A stretch of DNA of 64,000 nt from a bacterium (GTDB taxonomy: Bacteria; UBA8248): contig OZ241326.1 of the NCBI GenBank assembly GCA_965199855.1, positions 864,001 through 928,000 on the forward strand. Reading direction: 5' to 3'. The position numbers were made by a program, and so were the translations under genes. The notes beneath the pieces were generated by a model. The model saw only the letters and a program-made list of their open reading frames with translations, did not search any database and was not told where the DNA came from. This document shows, piece by piece, positions 1 to 10,445 of the stretch (within the stretch, counting starts at the first letter, position 1; every line of letters starts with the position of its first letter).

Positions 1-250
1 GACTCCGCGCGAACGGGAAACGCCCGAAAATTTCACGGGGGGATATGTCGCACATCCCTCCCCGCGTTTCAACCGGGGCGCGCCGCGCGGACCTTCGCCG
101 CCCCGGGCGCCGCTCCTTGACGCCCGACTTCGCGGCGTTGAACTGCGGGAGCCTCGCCGTATATGCTTGCTCCGCGCGCCGCGGCGGCCTCGCGCGCCGG
201 CGCGGAAGCGAGAGGAGCCGCCCGCAAAAACCCTCATCGGATGCGCGAGC

Positions 251-700
251 GTGAGAGCAGTCGTTCAGCGCGCGAGCCGCGCGCGCGTCAGGGCGAACGG
301 GGAGATCATCGGCGAAATCGGGGCCGGGATGCTCGTCTTTCTGGGCGTCGGCCGCGAGGACGCCGAGGAGGACGCCGACTCCCTCGCCGGGAAAATCGCG
401 AATCTCCGGATATTCCCGGACGCGGAGCGGAAGATGAACCTCTCGCTGCTGGACGCGGGCGGGGAGATGCTCGTCGTCAGCCAGTTCACCCTGCAGGGCG
501 ACTGCCGGAAGGGAAGGCGGCCGGCCTTCGCCGCCGCCGCCCCGCCGGAGAGGGCGGAGCCGCTCTATGAGCGCTTCATCGCCCGGGTCGAGGAGCGGGG
601 GGTCCCGGTCGCCAGGGGCCGCTTCGGCGCCATGATGGAGGTGGAAATCGTGAACGACGGCCCCGTCACCCTGCTCCTCGACACGGGCGGCGCGTTCTGA
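251..700 (+). CDS. dtd: D-aminoacyl-tRNA deacylase
   Basis: GTG start; MRAVVQR N-terminus, SQFTL and NDGPVT motifs typical of DTD. Confidence 0.95.
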   Translation: MRAVVQRASRARVRANGEIIGEIGAGMLVFLGVGREDAEEDADSLAGKIANLRIFPDAERKMNLSLLDAGGEMLVVSQFTLQGDCRKGRRPAFAAAAPPERAEPLYERFIARVEERGVPVARGRFGAMMEVEIVNDGPVTLLLDTGGAF

Positions 701-1713
701 TGCGGCCCGCGGACGCCGCGCTCCTCAAGGAGAAGCTCGACGCGCTCGCGCGGACGTATGACAAATCCTACCTCGCCACCGACCCGCTCGGCGTCGCGCA
801 CGCCTATGAGGACGCGGCAGACCGCGAGGCCGCGGCGTTCATAAGCGCCGCCCTGGCCTTCGGCGGCGCCGCGGCCATCCGCCGGAGCGCGAGGCGCGTC
901 CTGGAGCGGCTGGGGCCCCGCCCGGCGGCCGCGCTGCGCCGCCTCTCCCCCCGAAAGAGCGCGCGCCTCTTCGAGGGCGTTCGCCACAGATGGGTGGGCC
1001 CCGAGGCGCTGGGGCTCCTCGCCCTCGCGCTGGGCGCCGCGCTCAAAAGCGAGGGGTCGCTCGAAGCCCTGTTCCTTCGCGGCTACCGCCCGGAGGCGGA
1101 GACGCTGCAAGGGGCGCTCAAGGCCTTCCGGGACGCCCTGTTCGGCGCGCTTCCGGCGAGGGTCTCGAATCCGGCCGTCGAGCGCGGGGCGCGCTACCTG
1201 CTGCCCGATCCGGCGGGCGGGGGCGCGTGCAAGCGGCTCCACCTGTTCCTGCGCTGGATGATACGGCCCGCCGACGGCCTGGACCTGGGGCTCTGGAAAG
1301 CGCCCGGAACGCACCAGCTCGTCATCCCCCTCGACACGCACGTCGCGCGCATCGGGCGGCTTCTGGGACTCACGGACAGGAAAACGCCGGACATGAGAAT
1401 GGCGCTCGAAATCACCCGGAGCCTCAGACGCATCGACCCCGCCGATCCCGTGCGCTACGATTTCGCCATCTCGCGCATGGGCATCCTCAGGCATTGCCCG
1501 AGCAGGAGAGACGTCAGGCTCTGCGCGGGCTGTCCCCTTCAGGACGCCTGCCGCTACTGGCGGCGCCTGCCGGGGCGAAGAAAGGAAGCCGCGAGGCGCG
1601 CCGCGCGCGGGCGTGAGCGGTTGCGGGCGGAACGAACCCTTCGAGATACTCCGAAACCCACGCCGATTCGGGAGGCGGGCGCTTGCCGACGAACATCAAA
1701 CGCATCGCGCTGA
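700..1713 (+). CDS. TIGR02757/DUF2400 family protein (HhH-like) with C-terminal Cys cluster
   Basis: ACKRLHLFLRWMIR, DLGLW, PLDTHV, DPVRYDFA motifs; C-terminal CPSRRDVRLCAGCPLQDAC. Confidence 0.8.
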   Translation: MRPADAALLKEKLDALARTYDKSYLATDPLGVAHAYEDAADREAAAFISAALAFGGAAAIRRSARRVLERLGPRPAAALRRLSPRKSARLFEGVRHRWVGPEALGLLALALGAALKSEGSLEALFLRGYRPEAETLQGALKAFRDALFGALPARVSNPAVERGARYLLPDPAGGGACKRLHLFLRWMIRPADGLDLGLWKAPGTHQLVIPLDTHVARIGRLLGLTDRKTPDMRMALEITRSLRRIDPADPVRYDFAISRMGILRHCPSRRDVRLCAGCPLQDACRYWRRLPGRRKEAARRAARGRERLRAERTLRDTPKPTPIREAGACRRTSNASR

Positions 1714-2585
1714 CCGCGCGGCCCGAGGCGCAGAGGAGCCCGCTCGACTTCGCCGCCCTCGCCGCTTGGCTGAGGGAGCGGGGCTTCGAGGCGCGGCTCG
1801 ACGCGGACACCGCGAAAATGGCGGGCGAGAAGACGGGCGCGCCGCGCGAGGAGGTCGTCCGCGAAGCCGACCTCGTCATCGTCTTCGGCGGGGACGGCTC
1901 CATGCTGCGCGCCGCCCACGGCGTCGAGGGGGATTCTCCCCTCCTGCTCGGCATCAACACCGGCCACCTGGGGTTTCTCGCCGACGTGCCGCAGGCCGAC
2001 CTCTATCCCGCGCTCGAGAGAATCCTGATCGAGGGGGAATTCTCCATCGAGTCGCGGATGCGGCTCACGGCCTCGGCGCGCAAGAGCGGGGAGGCGCAGA
2101 AGCTCGCCGATTCGCTGAACGACGTCGTCCTCACCACCGGCCCCCTCGCGCGCATGGTGGAATACCGCATCGACATGGAGGGCCGCCACCTGGGCTACTT
2201 CCGCGCGGACGGCCTCATCGTCGCCACGCCCACGGGATCCACCGCCTACTCCCTCTCGGCGGGCGGGCCGCTCGTGCTGCCGGACATGAACGTGACGCTC
2301 ATCAACCCGATATGCCCGCACACGCTCAGCAACCGGCCCATCGTCGCGCCGGCGGAGGCGGCCATCGAAATCACCATCTTCCCGGACACCGAGGCGCAGG
2401 GGCGCGAAGTGCTCCTCACGCTGGACGGCTTTCCCGGCTGCGAGCTCGAGGCCGGCGATTCGGTGCGAATCCGCAAGAGCCGCTCGCCCGCGCGAATCAT
2501 CCGCCCGAAGGGCGCGGACTTCTTCGGGACCCTGCGGGAGAAGCTGCTCTGGGAGACGCATCCGCGCGGCGGGCGGAGGGGCTGA
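1683..2585 (+). CDS. nadK: NAD kinase
   Basis: GGDGS, GHLGFL, ND, DGLIVATPTGSTAYSLSAGGP motifs; upstream of recN. Confidence 0.95.
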   Translation: MPTNIKRIALTARPEAQRSPLDFAALAAWLRERGFEARLDADTAKMAGEKTGAPREEVVREADLVIVFGGDGSMLRAAHGVEGDSPLLLGINTGHLGFLADVPQADLYPALERILIEGEFSIESRMRLTASARKSGEAQKLADSLNDVVLTTGPLARMVEYRIDMEGRHLGYFRADGLIVATPTGSTAYSLSAGGPLVLPDMNVTLINPICPHTLSNRPIVAPAEAAIEITIFPDTEAQGREVLLTLDGFPGCELEAGDSVRIRKSRSPARIIRPKGADFFGTLREKLLWETHPRGGRRG

Positions 2586-2592
2586 GTCCGCC

Positions 2593-4305
2593 ATGCTCCG
2601 CCTGCTGAGAATCACGAACCTCGCCATCATCGACGACCTGGAGATCGCCTTCGGCCCCGGCCTCAACGTCCTCACGGGCGAGACGGGGGCGGGAAAATCC
2701 ATCATCTTCGACGCCCTGAACCTCACCCTCGGCGCGCGGGCGAGGGGCGACCTCGTTCGCGCCGAAACCCGGGAGGCCGTCGTCGAGTCCGCATTCGCGC
2801 TTCCGCGGACGCCGGGCGGCCTCGCGGCGCGCGCCCTGCTGGAGGAGGCGGGCGTGGAGGTCGAGGAGGAAGAGCTCATCGCGCGGCGGCGGGTCGCGGC
2901 GGCGGGCGGAAGCCGCATCTACCTGAACGGCGCGCTGGGAACGGCCTCGCTGCTCTCCGCCGTGGGCGAGCGCCTCGTGAACATCCACGGCCAGCACGCC
3001 CACCAGAGCCTCCTTCGTCCCGCCGGCCACCTGGGGCTGCTGGACGACTTCGCGGGAACGACGGCGCGAAGGGACGCCCTGGGGGGGCTTTTGCGAAAAC
3101 TCCGCGCGGCCCAGGAGGCGCTCGGCGCGCACCGAGAGGGCGTCAGGGAGCGCGCCCGGCGGGAGGACCTGCTCCGCTTCCAGGTCGAGGAGCTGGAAAA
3201 CGCCGCTCTGCGCGCGGGCGAACTCGCGGAGATCGAGGCGGAACTGCCGAGGCTCCGGAACGCGGAGCGCCTGGAGAGCGGCGCGGCCTCCCTGTATGCG
3301 CGGCTCTACGAGGCGGAAGGGGCCATCGTCGAGAAAACGGGCGAGCTACGCCGGGAGCTCGAGGGCATGAGCGGCCTGGATGAATCCCTGCGCCCGCTGC
3401 TGGAGGAGGCCGCCTCCGCCCAGGCGCAGCTGGAAAGCCTCGCCGACGCGCTCCGCGACTACGCGGCGGGAATCGCGCGCGACCCCGGCCGCCTGGAGGC
3501 GCTCGAGGCGAGGCGCGCCCTCATCCGCGAGATGTTTCGCAAATACGGGAGCGACGAGGCGCAATGCCTCGCCTTTCTCGAGGCCTGCCGCGAGCAGCTC
3601 GCGGCGATCGCGGACGAGACGGGAGCCGAGGCGCGGCTCGCCGGGGAGCGCGACGCGCTGAGGGCGCAAGTCGCGGAAGCCGCCCTCGCCCTCTCGGAGA
3701 AGCGGGGGCGCGCCTCGCGGAAGCTCGACTCAGGGATGGAGAAGGGGCTGGGCGAGCTCGGGCTTTCGGGGGCGAAATTCCGGACCCTGCTGTCGCGTCA
3801 GGAGGACGCGGCGGGCTTCGTTCAGGCGGACGGCCTGCGCGTGGCGGTTCGCGCCGACGGAATCGACCGCGCCGAGTTCCACTTCTCGCCCAACCCCGGC
3901 GAACCCCCGCGCCCTCTGAGCCGCGTCGCCTCGGGCGGCGAGCTCTCGCGGCTGATGCTCGCCCTCGAATCCGTCCTGCGGCGCGCCGACCTCATCCCCA
4001 CCCTGATCTTCGACGAGGTGGACGCAGGCATCGGTGGGGCGGTGGCCGAGGTGGTGGGGCGGAAGCTCAAGGGGGTGTCGGAGAGCCACCAGGTCATCGT
4101 CGTCACCCACCTGCCGCAGGTCGCCAGCCTGGGGGATCGCCATTTCCGCATCGAGAAGCGGGTCGCCGGGGGGCGCACCCTCACGAAAATCAAACTCCTC
4201 GAAGGCGAGGACAGGGTGGAGGAGATCGCCCGCATGGGAACGGGGCTTTCCATCACCGACGCCGCCCGCGAACACGCGCGCGAGATGCTCGGCAGCGCGG
4301 GGTGA
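2593..4305 (+). CDS. recN: DNA repair protein RecN
   Basis: TGETGAGKS Walker A, coiled coil, ASGGELSR signature, IFDEVDAG Walker B. Confidence 0.97.
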   Translation: MLRLLRITNLAIIDDLEIAFGPGLNVLTGETGAGKSIIFDALNLTLGARARGDLVRAETREAVVESAFALPRTPGGLAARALLEEAGVEVEEEELIARRRVAAAGGSRIYLNGALGTASLLSAVGERLVNIHGQHAHQSLLRPAGHLGLLDDFAGTTARRDALGGLLRKLRAAQEALGAHREGVRERARREDLLRFQVEELENAALRAGELAEIEAELPRLRNAERLESGAASLYARLYEAEGAIVEKTGELRRELEGMSGLDESLRPLLEEAASAQAQLESLADALRDYAAGIARDPGRLEALEARRALIREMFRKYGSDEAQCLAFLEACREQLAAIADETGAEARLAGERDALRAQVAEAALALSEKRGRASRKLDSGMEKGLGELGLSGAKFRTLLSRQEDAAGFVQADGLRVAVRADGIDRAEFHFSPNPGEPPRPLSRVASGGELSRLMLALESVLRRADLIPTLIFDEVDAGIGGAVAEVVGRKLKGVSESHQVIVVTHLPQVASLGDRHFRIEKRVAGGRTLTKIKLLEGEDRVEEIARMGTGLSITDAAREHAREMLGSAG

Positions 4306-4344
4306 TGCCCAAGGGACGCCCGCCGTCTGGCGGAACGCCGTTTT

Positions 4345-4520
4345 CGCAGGTTCTCCGTAGGGGCGGTTCGGGAACCGCCCGCCGCGTCGGTTGCGTCTCC
4401 GACGGCGCAGGGACGGGTCGCGCAACCCGTCCCTACAAACCCCCTCGCCGCAACGATGGAGAACCCCGAAACCGCAAAGGACAGCCACAGGGGGCTGTCC
4501 CTACGAAACATGAGCCGCCA
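4345..4520 (+). repeat. 176-bp REP-like composite repeat, copy 1
   Basis: Direct repeat of 4941-5116 (about 8 mismatches counted by eye); built of GTAG/CTAC-bounded palindromes such as GTAGGGGCGGTTCGGGAACCGCCC. Confidence 0.9.
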
Positions 4521-4656
4521 TGCGCGCAACGGGGCGCATGAATGCGCCCCCTACGGTGGGCAAACACTGAAAAACGCGCCGAGAGCGCCATCGCTTGCAA
4601 CTCGTTTTCACGGGAAATCTGTGGTAAAGATCAGCAGACCAACTGGAGAAAAAACG

Positions 4657-4803
4657 ATGAGCCGCGCCGTGACCGAGAACATGGCGACCAAGGCCGATCT
4701 CAAAGCCGAGCTCTCGGCCCTTGAGCAACGAATCACCATCCGGCTGGGCGGGCTCATCGTGGCTGGCGTCGGCTTCCTCGCCGCCCTCATCAAGCTGTTC
4801 TGA
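4657..4803 (+). CDS. Small DUF1640/CCDC90-like coiled-coil membrane-anchored protein (48 aa)
   Basis: GGAG RBS; ATKADLKAELSALEQRITIRLGGLIVAGVGFLAALIKLF resembles the DUF1640 C-terminus. Confidence 0.6.
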   Translation: MSRAVTENMATKADLKAELSALEQRITIRLGGLIVAGVGFLAALIKLF

Positions 4804-4860
4804 CGGCCGCCGGGAGAAGCCCCCGCGCCCTTCCCTACCGACGGTCTGTATTCCTTCTCC

Positions 4861-4924
4861 GTAGGGGACGCATATATGCGTCCCGCCGGGAAGCCTCGTC
4901 ATTCCGGCGGAAGCCGGAATCCAG
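4861..4924. repeat. REP-like palindrome plus ATTCC-N-GGAAT (dRS3-type) palindrome
   Basis: GTAGGGGACGCATATATGCGTCCC at 4861-4884; CGTCATTCCGGCGGAAGCCGGAATCCAG at 4897-4924. Confidence 0.75.
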
Positions 4925-4940
4925 AAAGGCGAGCGACCTC

Positions 4941-5116
4941 CGCAGGTTTTCCGTAGGGGCGGTTCGGGAACCGCTCGCCGCGTCGGTTGCGTCTCCGACG
5001 GCGCAGGGACAGGTCGCGCAACCCGTCCCTGCGAACCCCCTCGCCGCAACGATGGAGAACCCCGAAACCGCAAAGGACAACCACAGGGGGCTGTCCCTGC
5101 GAAACATGAACCGCCA
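4941..5116 (+). repeat. 176-bp REP-like composite repeat, copy 2
   Basis: Near-identical to 4345-4520. Confidence 0.9.
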
Positions 5117-5218
5117 ATCCGCGCGGGGGCGCATGGTGGACAAGCCGCCTTGTTCGGCGCGCATGAGTGCGCCCCCTGCGGGCGGGCGGCGCGTGAAAAA
5201 GCGCGGCGGGGGCGGGCG

Positions 5219-6358
5219 TCAGCCCTCAAGCAGCCTCAACTGCGATCCGAATTTCACGCCCGCGACCTCGCAGGCGGTTTGGATGTATTGCCGCTTTAGG
5301 GCTGTATTGTTGTTGGTCGCCAGCCACCAGCCGTTCCCCAGGTTGCGTGATGCGTTCTGCGCCAATTCTGGATTGGCATAGAGATCGTTGCGGTTGCGAG
5401 CTACCAATCGGCGCTTTGGAGCGCCATCCGCCGTTTTCTGCTTCCCCTCTACTTGAGGCGCGAAGCGCGCCATGAATTCTGAATCCCTGTCCGCAAACGC
5501 TTTCAGTATTCCAGTGAGTGCTTCTATGGCAGTTTTGGTATCGAAGCGTTCGCTATCAAGGATGAAGCCGCGGATTTTGGATTTCCCATCGTCCTGTGGC
5601 GGCGGCTCAGATCGGGGCCGCTTCTCCGCCTTGCCAGCCGAAGTTTCTGACGCGGGAAGGGGTGGCTTTTGAGTCTGTGTAACGCCGCTATCGGCGAGTT
5701 CCTTCAAAAACCTCTCCACGTCGTCTGCTTCCGGCCTGGTTCCACACGCGCTCGCCACTTCTTCGGCGAGCAGGTCTCGAAGCATTTCATCCGGGCCTTC
5801 CAGCAGTTTTCGCCAGATGCCCTGAATGGCCTTGCGCGCCTTTGCTCGCTCCTTGGCACTCTCGTGCCGCCGCTCCGCCTCTTGGCGGGCTTTCCCCGAA
5901 ACGACCCGATCTTTCCCAAAATGCTTTCCGAAAAACTCCACGTATTCGGGCATCCTCTCCTCGCGCTTTAACTCCGCCCGATAGAAACGCCGCTCGGCGG
6001 GGTCGCCTTCCGCCATGCTGAGATAGAAATCCCAGAGATTGCCGTCCGTCAGGATGAGAAAAGGAACTCCCCGGTTGACGGCGTACCCGAACACCTGCTC
6101 CTCCCCGGCAATATCCACGCGGCCGAGTGCCTTGGCTTCGATGAAAACTAAAGGACTGCCGCCATCCCGAAGCAGGGCGTAGTCCACCCGACCCGCGTCG
6201 ACGGAAAATTCCACCCTGACCTCGGCAGGGTCTGTGTCATCCCAGTCCAGAGCACTCAGAATCGGATCGATGACGGACTTCTTCACCTGCGCCTCGTTCT
6301 CCAGCGCGCCGGAGCGGATGTGCCCGACCGCCTTTTTCAGGGCTTCTTCGAGGCTCAT
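5219..6358 (-). CDS. HsdR N-terminal-type PD-(D/E)xK restriction endonuclease with C-terminal SeqA-like domain
   Basis: NEAQVK..IDPIL..LDWD, RVDYAL, FIEAK, QVFGYA, ILTDG..WDFY; C-terminal WWLATNNNTALK resembles SeqA WVITNTNTGRK; lower GC than flanks. Confidence 0.75.
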   Translation of the reverse strand: MSLEEALKKAVGHIRSGALENEAQVKKSVIDPILSALDWDDTDPAEVRVEFSVDAGRVDYALLRDGGSPLVFIEAKALGRVDIAGEEQVFGYAVNRGVPFLILTDGNLWDFYLSMAEGDPAERRFYRAELKREERMPEYVEFFGKHFGKDRVVSGKARQEAERRHESAKERAKARKAIQGIWRKLLEGPDEMLRDLLAEEVASACGTRPEADDVERFLKELADSGVTQTQKPPLPASETSAGKAEKRPRSEPPPQDDGKSKIRGFILDSERFDTKTAIEALTGILKAFADRDSEFMARFAPQVEGKQKTADGAPKRRLVARNRNDLYANPELAQNASRNLGNGWWLATNNNTALKRQYIQTACEVAGVKFGSQLRLLEG

Positions 6359-6495
6359 TTTTTCAAAAATTCCTCTCCTTCGGACCTCAAAGGCGCGGGC
6401 GGCTCTTGAAAACCCTCTCCGCGTGAATCATGGACATGGCGGAGGCCGCATGGTCGCATACAGGCGACACGCCCGCAAGTTGGAGCCATTATGAA

Positions 6496-6703
6496 GCAGG
6501 GACAGGTCGCGCGACCTGTCCCTGCGATTCAAACCGCCACGCGGGGCGCATATATGCGTCCCCTACGAACAACCCCGGAAGCCCGACATTCCTTGCGGAG
6601 CCCGCCCCTTCATCTCCTCCCGCGGGGACAACCACGGGGGGTTGTCCCTACGAACCATGAGCCGCCAAGCCACGCCCGGGGCGCGCATATATGCGCCCCC
6701 TAT
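6496..6703. repeat. Cluster of REP-like palindromes
   Basis: Perfect 30-bp palindrome GCAGGGACAGGTCGCGCGACCTGTCCCTGC (6496-6525), two GGGGCGCATATATGCG-type palindromes, GGGACAACC..GGTTGTCCCTAC; same family as 4345-5116. Confidence 0.85.
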
Positions 6704-6727
6704 AAGCGGCCCGCGCGCTCCCTCCCC

Positions 6728-8683
6728 CTACTCGTCCTGATACTGCTGGAGACTCTGGAGGACGGAGATGTCCTCGAGCGTGGTGGTGTCGCCGATTCTC
6801 TCCGCGCCCGAGGCGATGTCGCGCAGGAGGCGGCGCATGATCTTCCCGCTCCTCGTCTTGGGCAGGGCGTCGGTGAAGCGCATGTAGTCGGGCCGGGCGA
6901 TGGCGCCGATCTCCTTGACGACCCACTCCTTGAGCTTCTTCTCCAGCGCCTCGTCCTTCCTGTTCGCCCCCTTCATGGTGACGAAGGCGGCGATGCACTC
7001 GCCCTTGATCTCGTGCGGGATGCCCACGCAGGCAGCCTCGGCGACGGCGGGGTTCGCCACCAGCGCGCTCTCCACCTCCATGGTGCCCAGGCGATGGCCG
7101 GAGATGTTGATGACGTCGTCCACCCGGCCCATGATCCACACGTAGCCGTCCTTGTCGCGGCGCGCGCCGTCGCCCGTGAAGTAGTAGCCCTTCACGTCGC
7201 TCCAGTATTGCTCGCGGTAGCGCGCGTCGTCGCCCCAGATGGTGCGCAGCATGGAGGGCCAGGGCCTGCGGATGACGAGCAGGCCGCCGCCCTCGGGCCC
7301 CACGCTCCGCCCCTCCTTCGTCACCACGTCCGGCGCTACGCCGAAGAACGGAAGGGTGGCGGTGCCGGGCTTGGTGGGCGTGGCACCGGGCAGGGGGGTG
7401 ATCATGATGGAGCCCGTCTCGGTCTGCCACCAGGTGTCCACGATGGGGCAGCGCTTCCCGCCGATGACGGCGTGATACCACATCCAGGCCTCGGGGTTGA
7501 TGGGCTCGCCCACCGTCCCCAGAAGCCGCAGGGAGGAGAGGTCGCGCTTCTTCGGGTGCTCGTCGCCCCACTTCATGAAGGCGCGGATGGCGGTGGGGGC
7601 GGTGTAGAAGATGTTGACCCGGTATTTCTCCACGACGTCCCAGAAGCGGCCCGGGTCCGGGTGGTTGGGCGCGCCCTCGTACATGACGGAGGAGGCGCCG
7701 TTCAGCAGGGGCCCATAGACGATGTAGCTGTGCCCCGTCACCCAGCCGATGTCCGCCGTGCACCAGTAGGTGTCCTCGTCCTTCAGGTCGAAGACGTATT
7801 TCGAGGTGAGGCCGGCGCCGCACATGTAGCCGCCCGTGGTGTGCATGATGCCCTTGGGCTTTCCCGTCGTGCCGCTCGTGTAGAGGATGTAGAGGGGATG
7901 CTCCGAGTCGAGCTTCGCCGCGGGGCAGACGGGCGAGGCGTCCGCCATGAGGTCGTGATACCAGTGGTCGCGCCCGCGCTTCATCGTCACCTTGTTGCCC
8001 GCGCGGCGCAGGACGATCATCTTCTTCACCGACTTCGCGCCCTTCACCGCCTCGTCCGCGTTCTTCTTGAGCGGCACCACGCCGCCGCGCCGGAAGCCGC
8101 CGTCCGCCGTGAGGACGGCCTTGGCGCGGCAGTCGTCGATGCGGTCCCTGAGCGAGTTCGCGCTGAAGCCGGCGAACACCACGCTGTGCGGGGCGCCGAT
8201 GCGCGCGCAGGCGAGCATGGCGACCGCCGCCTCCGGCGTCTGCGGCATGTAGATGATGACGCGATCGCCCCTGCGGATGCCCACGCTCTTCATCGCGTTG
8301 GCGAACTTGCACACCTCGCGGTGGAGCTCCTGGTAGGTGAGAATCCGCGAGTCGCCCGGCTCCCCCTCCCAGATGATGGCCGCCTTGTTCTTGCGCCAGG
8401 TGGAGAGGTGGCGATCCAGGCAGTTGTAGGAGACGTTCGTCCGCCCGCCCACGAACCATTTGGCGTGCGGCGCCTTCCACTCCAGCACCTTCCTCCACCT
8501 GTCGAACCAGTGAAACTCGTTCGCCACCCGCGCCCAGAAGCGGGCGGGCTTTTTGATGGATTCCTCATACATTTCCCGGTACTGGGCCATGGATTTGACG
8601 TGGGCGCGCCTGGCGAATTCCGCGCTCGGCCTGAAGACCCGCTTCTCCTGGAGCAAGGTGTCGAACTGCTTGGCGTCGGCCAT
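6728..8683 (-). CDS. acs: Acetyl-CoA synthetase
   Basis: [31 protein letters not shown]. Confidence 0.97.
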   Translation of the reverse strand: MADAKQFDTLLQEKRVFRPSAEFARRAHVKSMAQYREMYEESIKKPARFWARVANEFHWFDRWRKVLEWKAPHAKWFVGGRTNVSYNCLDRHLSTWRKNKAAIIWEGEPGDSRILTYQELHREVCKFANAMKSVGIRRGDRVIIYMPQTPEAAVAMLACARIGAPHSVVFAGFSANSLRDRIDDCRAKAVLTADGGFRRGGVVPLKKNADEAVKGAKSVKKMIVLRRAGNKVTMKRGRDHWYHDLMADASPVCPAAKLDSEHPLYILYTSGTTGKPKGIMHTTGGYMCGAGLTSKYVFDLKDEDTYWCTADIGWVTGHSYIVYGPLLNGASSVMYEGAPNHPDPGRFWDVVEKYRVNIFYTAPTAIRAFMKWGDEHPKKRDLSSLRLLGTVGEPINPEAWMWYHAVIGGKRCPIVDTWWQTETGSIMITPLPGATPTKPGTATLPFFGVAPDVVTKEGRSVGPEGGGLLVIRRPWPSMLRTIWGDDARYREQYWSDVKGYYFTGDGARRDKDGYVWIMGRVDDVINISGHRLGTMEVESALVANPAVAEAACVGIPHEIKGECIAAFVTMKGANRKDEALEKKLKEWVVKEIGAIARPDYMRFTDALPKTRSGKIMRRLLRDIASGAERIGDTTTLEDISVLQSLQQYQDE

Positions 8684-8781
8684 GGGATCACTCCTCCGGT
8701 TCGGTCGCGTGGAACGATTCGGTTGGCGAATTTGCGCTTATTATTCAGCATCCGGGGGGATTTCTCAAACGGAGGGGGCGA

Positions 8782-9405
8782 TCAGGCGCGGAGCGCCGCG
8801 CGCACCGCCCGCGCCGCCCGGGCGGGATCGGCGGCGCCCAGAACCGCCCCGATGAGCGCGACGCCGCGCGCCCCCCGCGCGAGACACCCGGCCGCGTTGC
8901 CCGCGTCCACGCCGCCCAGTGCATAGACGGGGCCCTCGCACGCCGCGCACGCGCGCCCGAGCGCGTCCAGCCCCAGGGCGGGGCCGGAGGAGAATTTGCT
9001 GTTGGTGGGGAATACGGGGCTGAGCGTCGCGAAATCCGCGCCCCGGGCGAGCGCCTCCGCCGCCTCGGCTCCGTCGTGGGCGGAGTAGCCGATGAGGCCC
9101 CGGTATCCGCGCGCCCGCGTCTCGCGGACGGAGACCGTCCCCTTGCCCAGGTGCAGGCCGGCCGCGCCCAGCGCCTCGGCCAGCCGCGGATCGCCGTTCA
9201 CCAGCACGCGCGCGCCGCGCGCCTCCGCCAGGGCGGCGACCCGCTCGCCCAGCCGCAGACGCTCCGCGGGCGGCAAATCCTTCTCGCGGAACTGGACGAG
9301 GCGCGCCCCGCCCTCGAAGGCGGCCGCCAGCGCGCCCAGGAGGTCTCCCGAGGGAGGAGCGCGCCTGTCCGTGATGAGGTAGAGCGGGTCGAGAGCCGGG
9401 TTCAA
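8782..9405 (-). CDS. thiE: Thiamine phosphate synthase (ThiE/TenI family)
   Basis: LYLITD, VQFREK, SAH, SPVFPTNSK, VYALGG; downstream of thiG. Confidence 0.8.
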   Translation of the reverse strand: MNPALDPLYLITDRRAPPSGDLLGALAAAFEGGARLVQFREKDLPPAERLRLGERVAALAEARGARVLVNGDPRLAEALGAAGLHLGKGTVSVRETRARGYRGLIGYSAHDGAEAAEALARGADFATLSPVFPTNSKFSSGPALGLDALGRACAACEGPVYALGGVDAGNAAGCLARGARGVALIGAVLGAADPARAARAVRAALRA

Positions 9406-9418
9406 GGCGCAACCGACT

Positions 9419-10192
9419 CTAGGAGCCGATGACGCCCGCCAGGGGACTCGACGCCGTGGCGTAGAGCTTCATGGGAATGCGCCCGGCCTCGTGGGCGAGC
9501 CTGCCCGACTCGACCGCCAGGTTCATCGCCCGTGCCATCTTCACGGGGTCGTCCGCGCCCGCGATGGCCGTCTGCATCAGGACGGCGGTCGCGCCCAGCT
9601 CCATGGCGACCGCCGCGTCCGAGGCGGTGCCCACCCCGGCGTCCACGATGACGGGAACCGAAATCTGCTCCAGGATGATCTTGAGATTCCAGGGGTTGCG
9701 GATGCCCAGCCCCGAGCCGATGGGCGCGGCCAGGGGCATGACGGCGTGGCAGCCCAGATCCTCGAGCTTCCTGCACACCACCGGATCGTCGATGCAGTAG
9801 GGCAGGACGATGAAGCCGTCCTCCAGCAGAATCCGGCACGCCTCGAGCAGGCCCTCGTTGTCCGGGAAAAGGGTGTCCTCATCCCCGATGACCTCGACCT
9901 TCACGAAGTCCGACCCCGTGGCCTCGCGCGCGAGCCGCGCCGTCGTCACCGCGCTCTTCACGTCGCAGCAGCCCGCGGTGTTGGGCAGGATCGCGTATTT
10001 CTCCCTGTCGAAGTGCGCCCAGAAGCCCTCCGCCGAGTCGTCGGCCAGGTCCACGCGGCGCACGGCGACGGTGACCATCTCCGTCCCGCTCGCCTCCAGG
10101 GCGCCGCGCATCACGGCGAAATCCGGATATTTGCCCGACCCCACCCAAAGGCGGGAAGTGAACGTCCTGCCCCCGATTTCATACGCGCCCAT
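9419..10192 (-). CDS. thiG: Thiazole synthase
   Basis: [42 protein letters not shown]. Confidence 0.96.
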   Translation of the reverse strand: MGAYEIGGRTFTSRLWVGSGKYPDFAVMRGALEASGTEMVTVAVRRVDLADDSAEGFWAHFDREKYAILPNTAGCCDVKSAVTTARLAREATGSDFVKVEVIGDEDTLFPDNEGLLEACRILLEDGFIVLPYCIDDPVVCRKLEDLGCHAVMPLAAPIGSGLGIRNPWNLKIILEQISVPVIVDAGVGTASDAAVAMELGATAVLMQTAIAGADDPVKMARAMNLAVESGRLAHEAGRIPMKLYATASSPLAGVIGS

Positions 10193-10244
10193 CACGCCGT
10201 CCTCCCGGCGCGCGCCCGCAGGCCGCGCCCGCTTTCCACGCTGA

Positions 10245-10445
10245 TCAGCCCCCGCCCACGGCGCGGACAATCTCGACCTCATCCCCCTCCGAGAGGCTCG
10301 TCTCGCCGTATGCGCCCCGGCGGACGATCTCCATGTTCACCGCCACGGCGATTCCGCTGGCCGCGAGCGGCATGGAGGCCAGAAGCGCCGCGACCGTCGC
10401 GCCCTCGTCCAGCTCCCTCTCCTCGCCGTTCACCCGAATCCGCAA
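10245..10445 (-). CDS. thiS: Sulfur carrier protein ThiS
   Basis: TTG start, IRVNGE, AVAVN, C-terminal VGGG; upstream of thiG. Confidence 0.92.
   Translation of the reverse strand: MRIRVNGEERELDEGATVAALLASMPLAASGIAVAVNMEIVRRGAYGETSLSEGDEVEIVRAVGGG

Noticed and set aside
4345-5116. Possible CRISPR array or IS ends
   Set aside because: Only two long copies built from heterogeneous palindromes; no regular repeat-spacer period, no cas or transposase gene.
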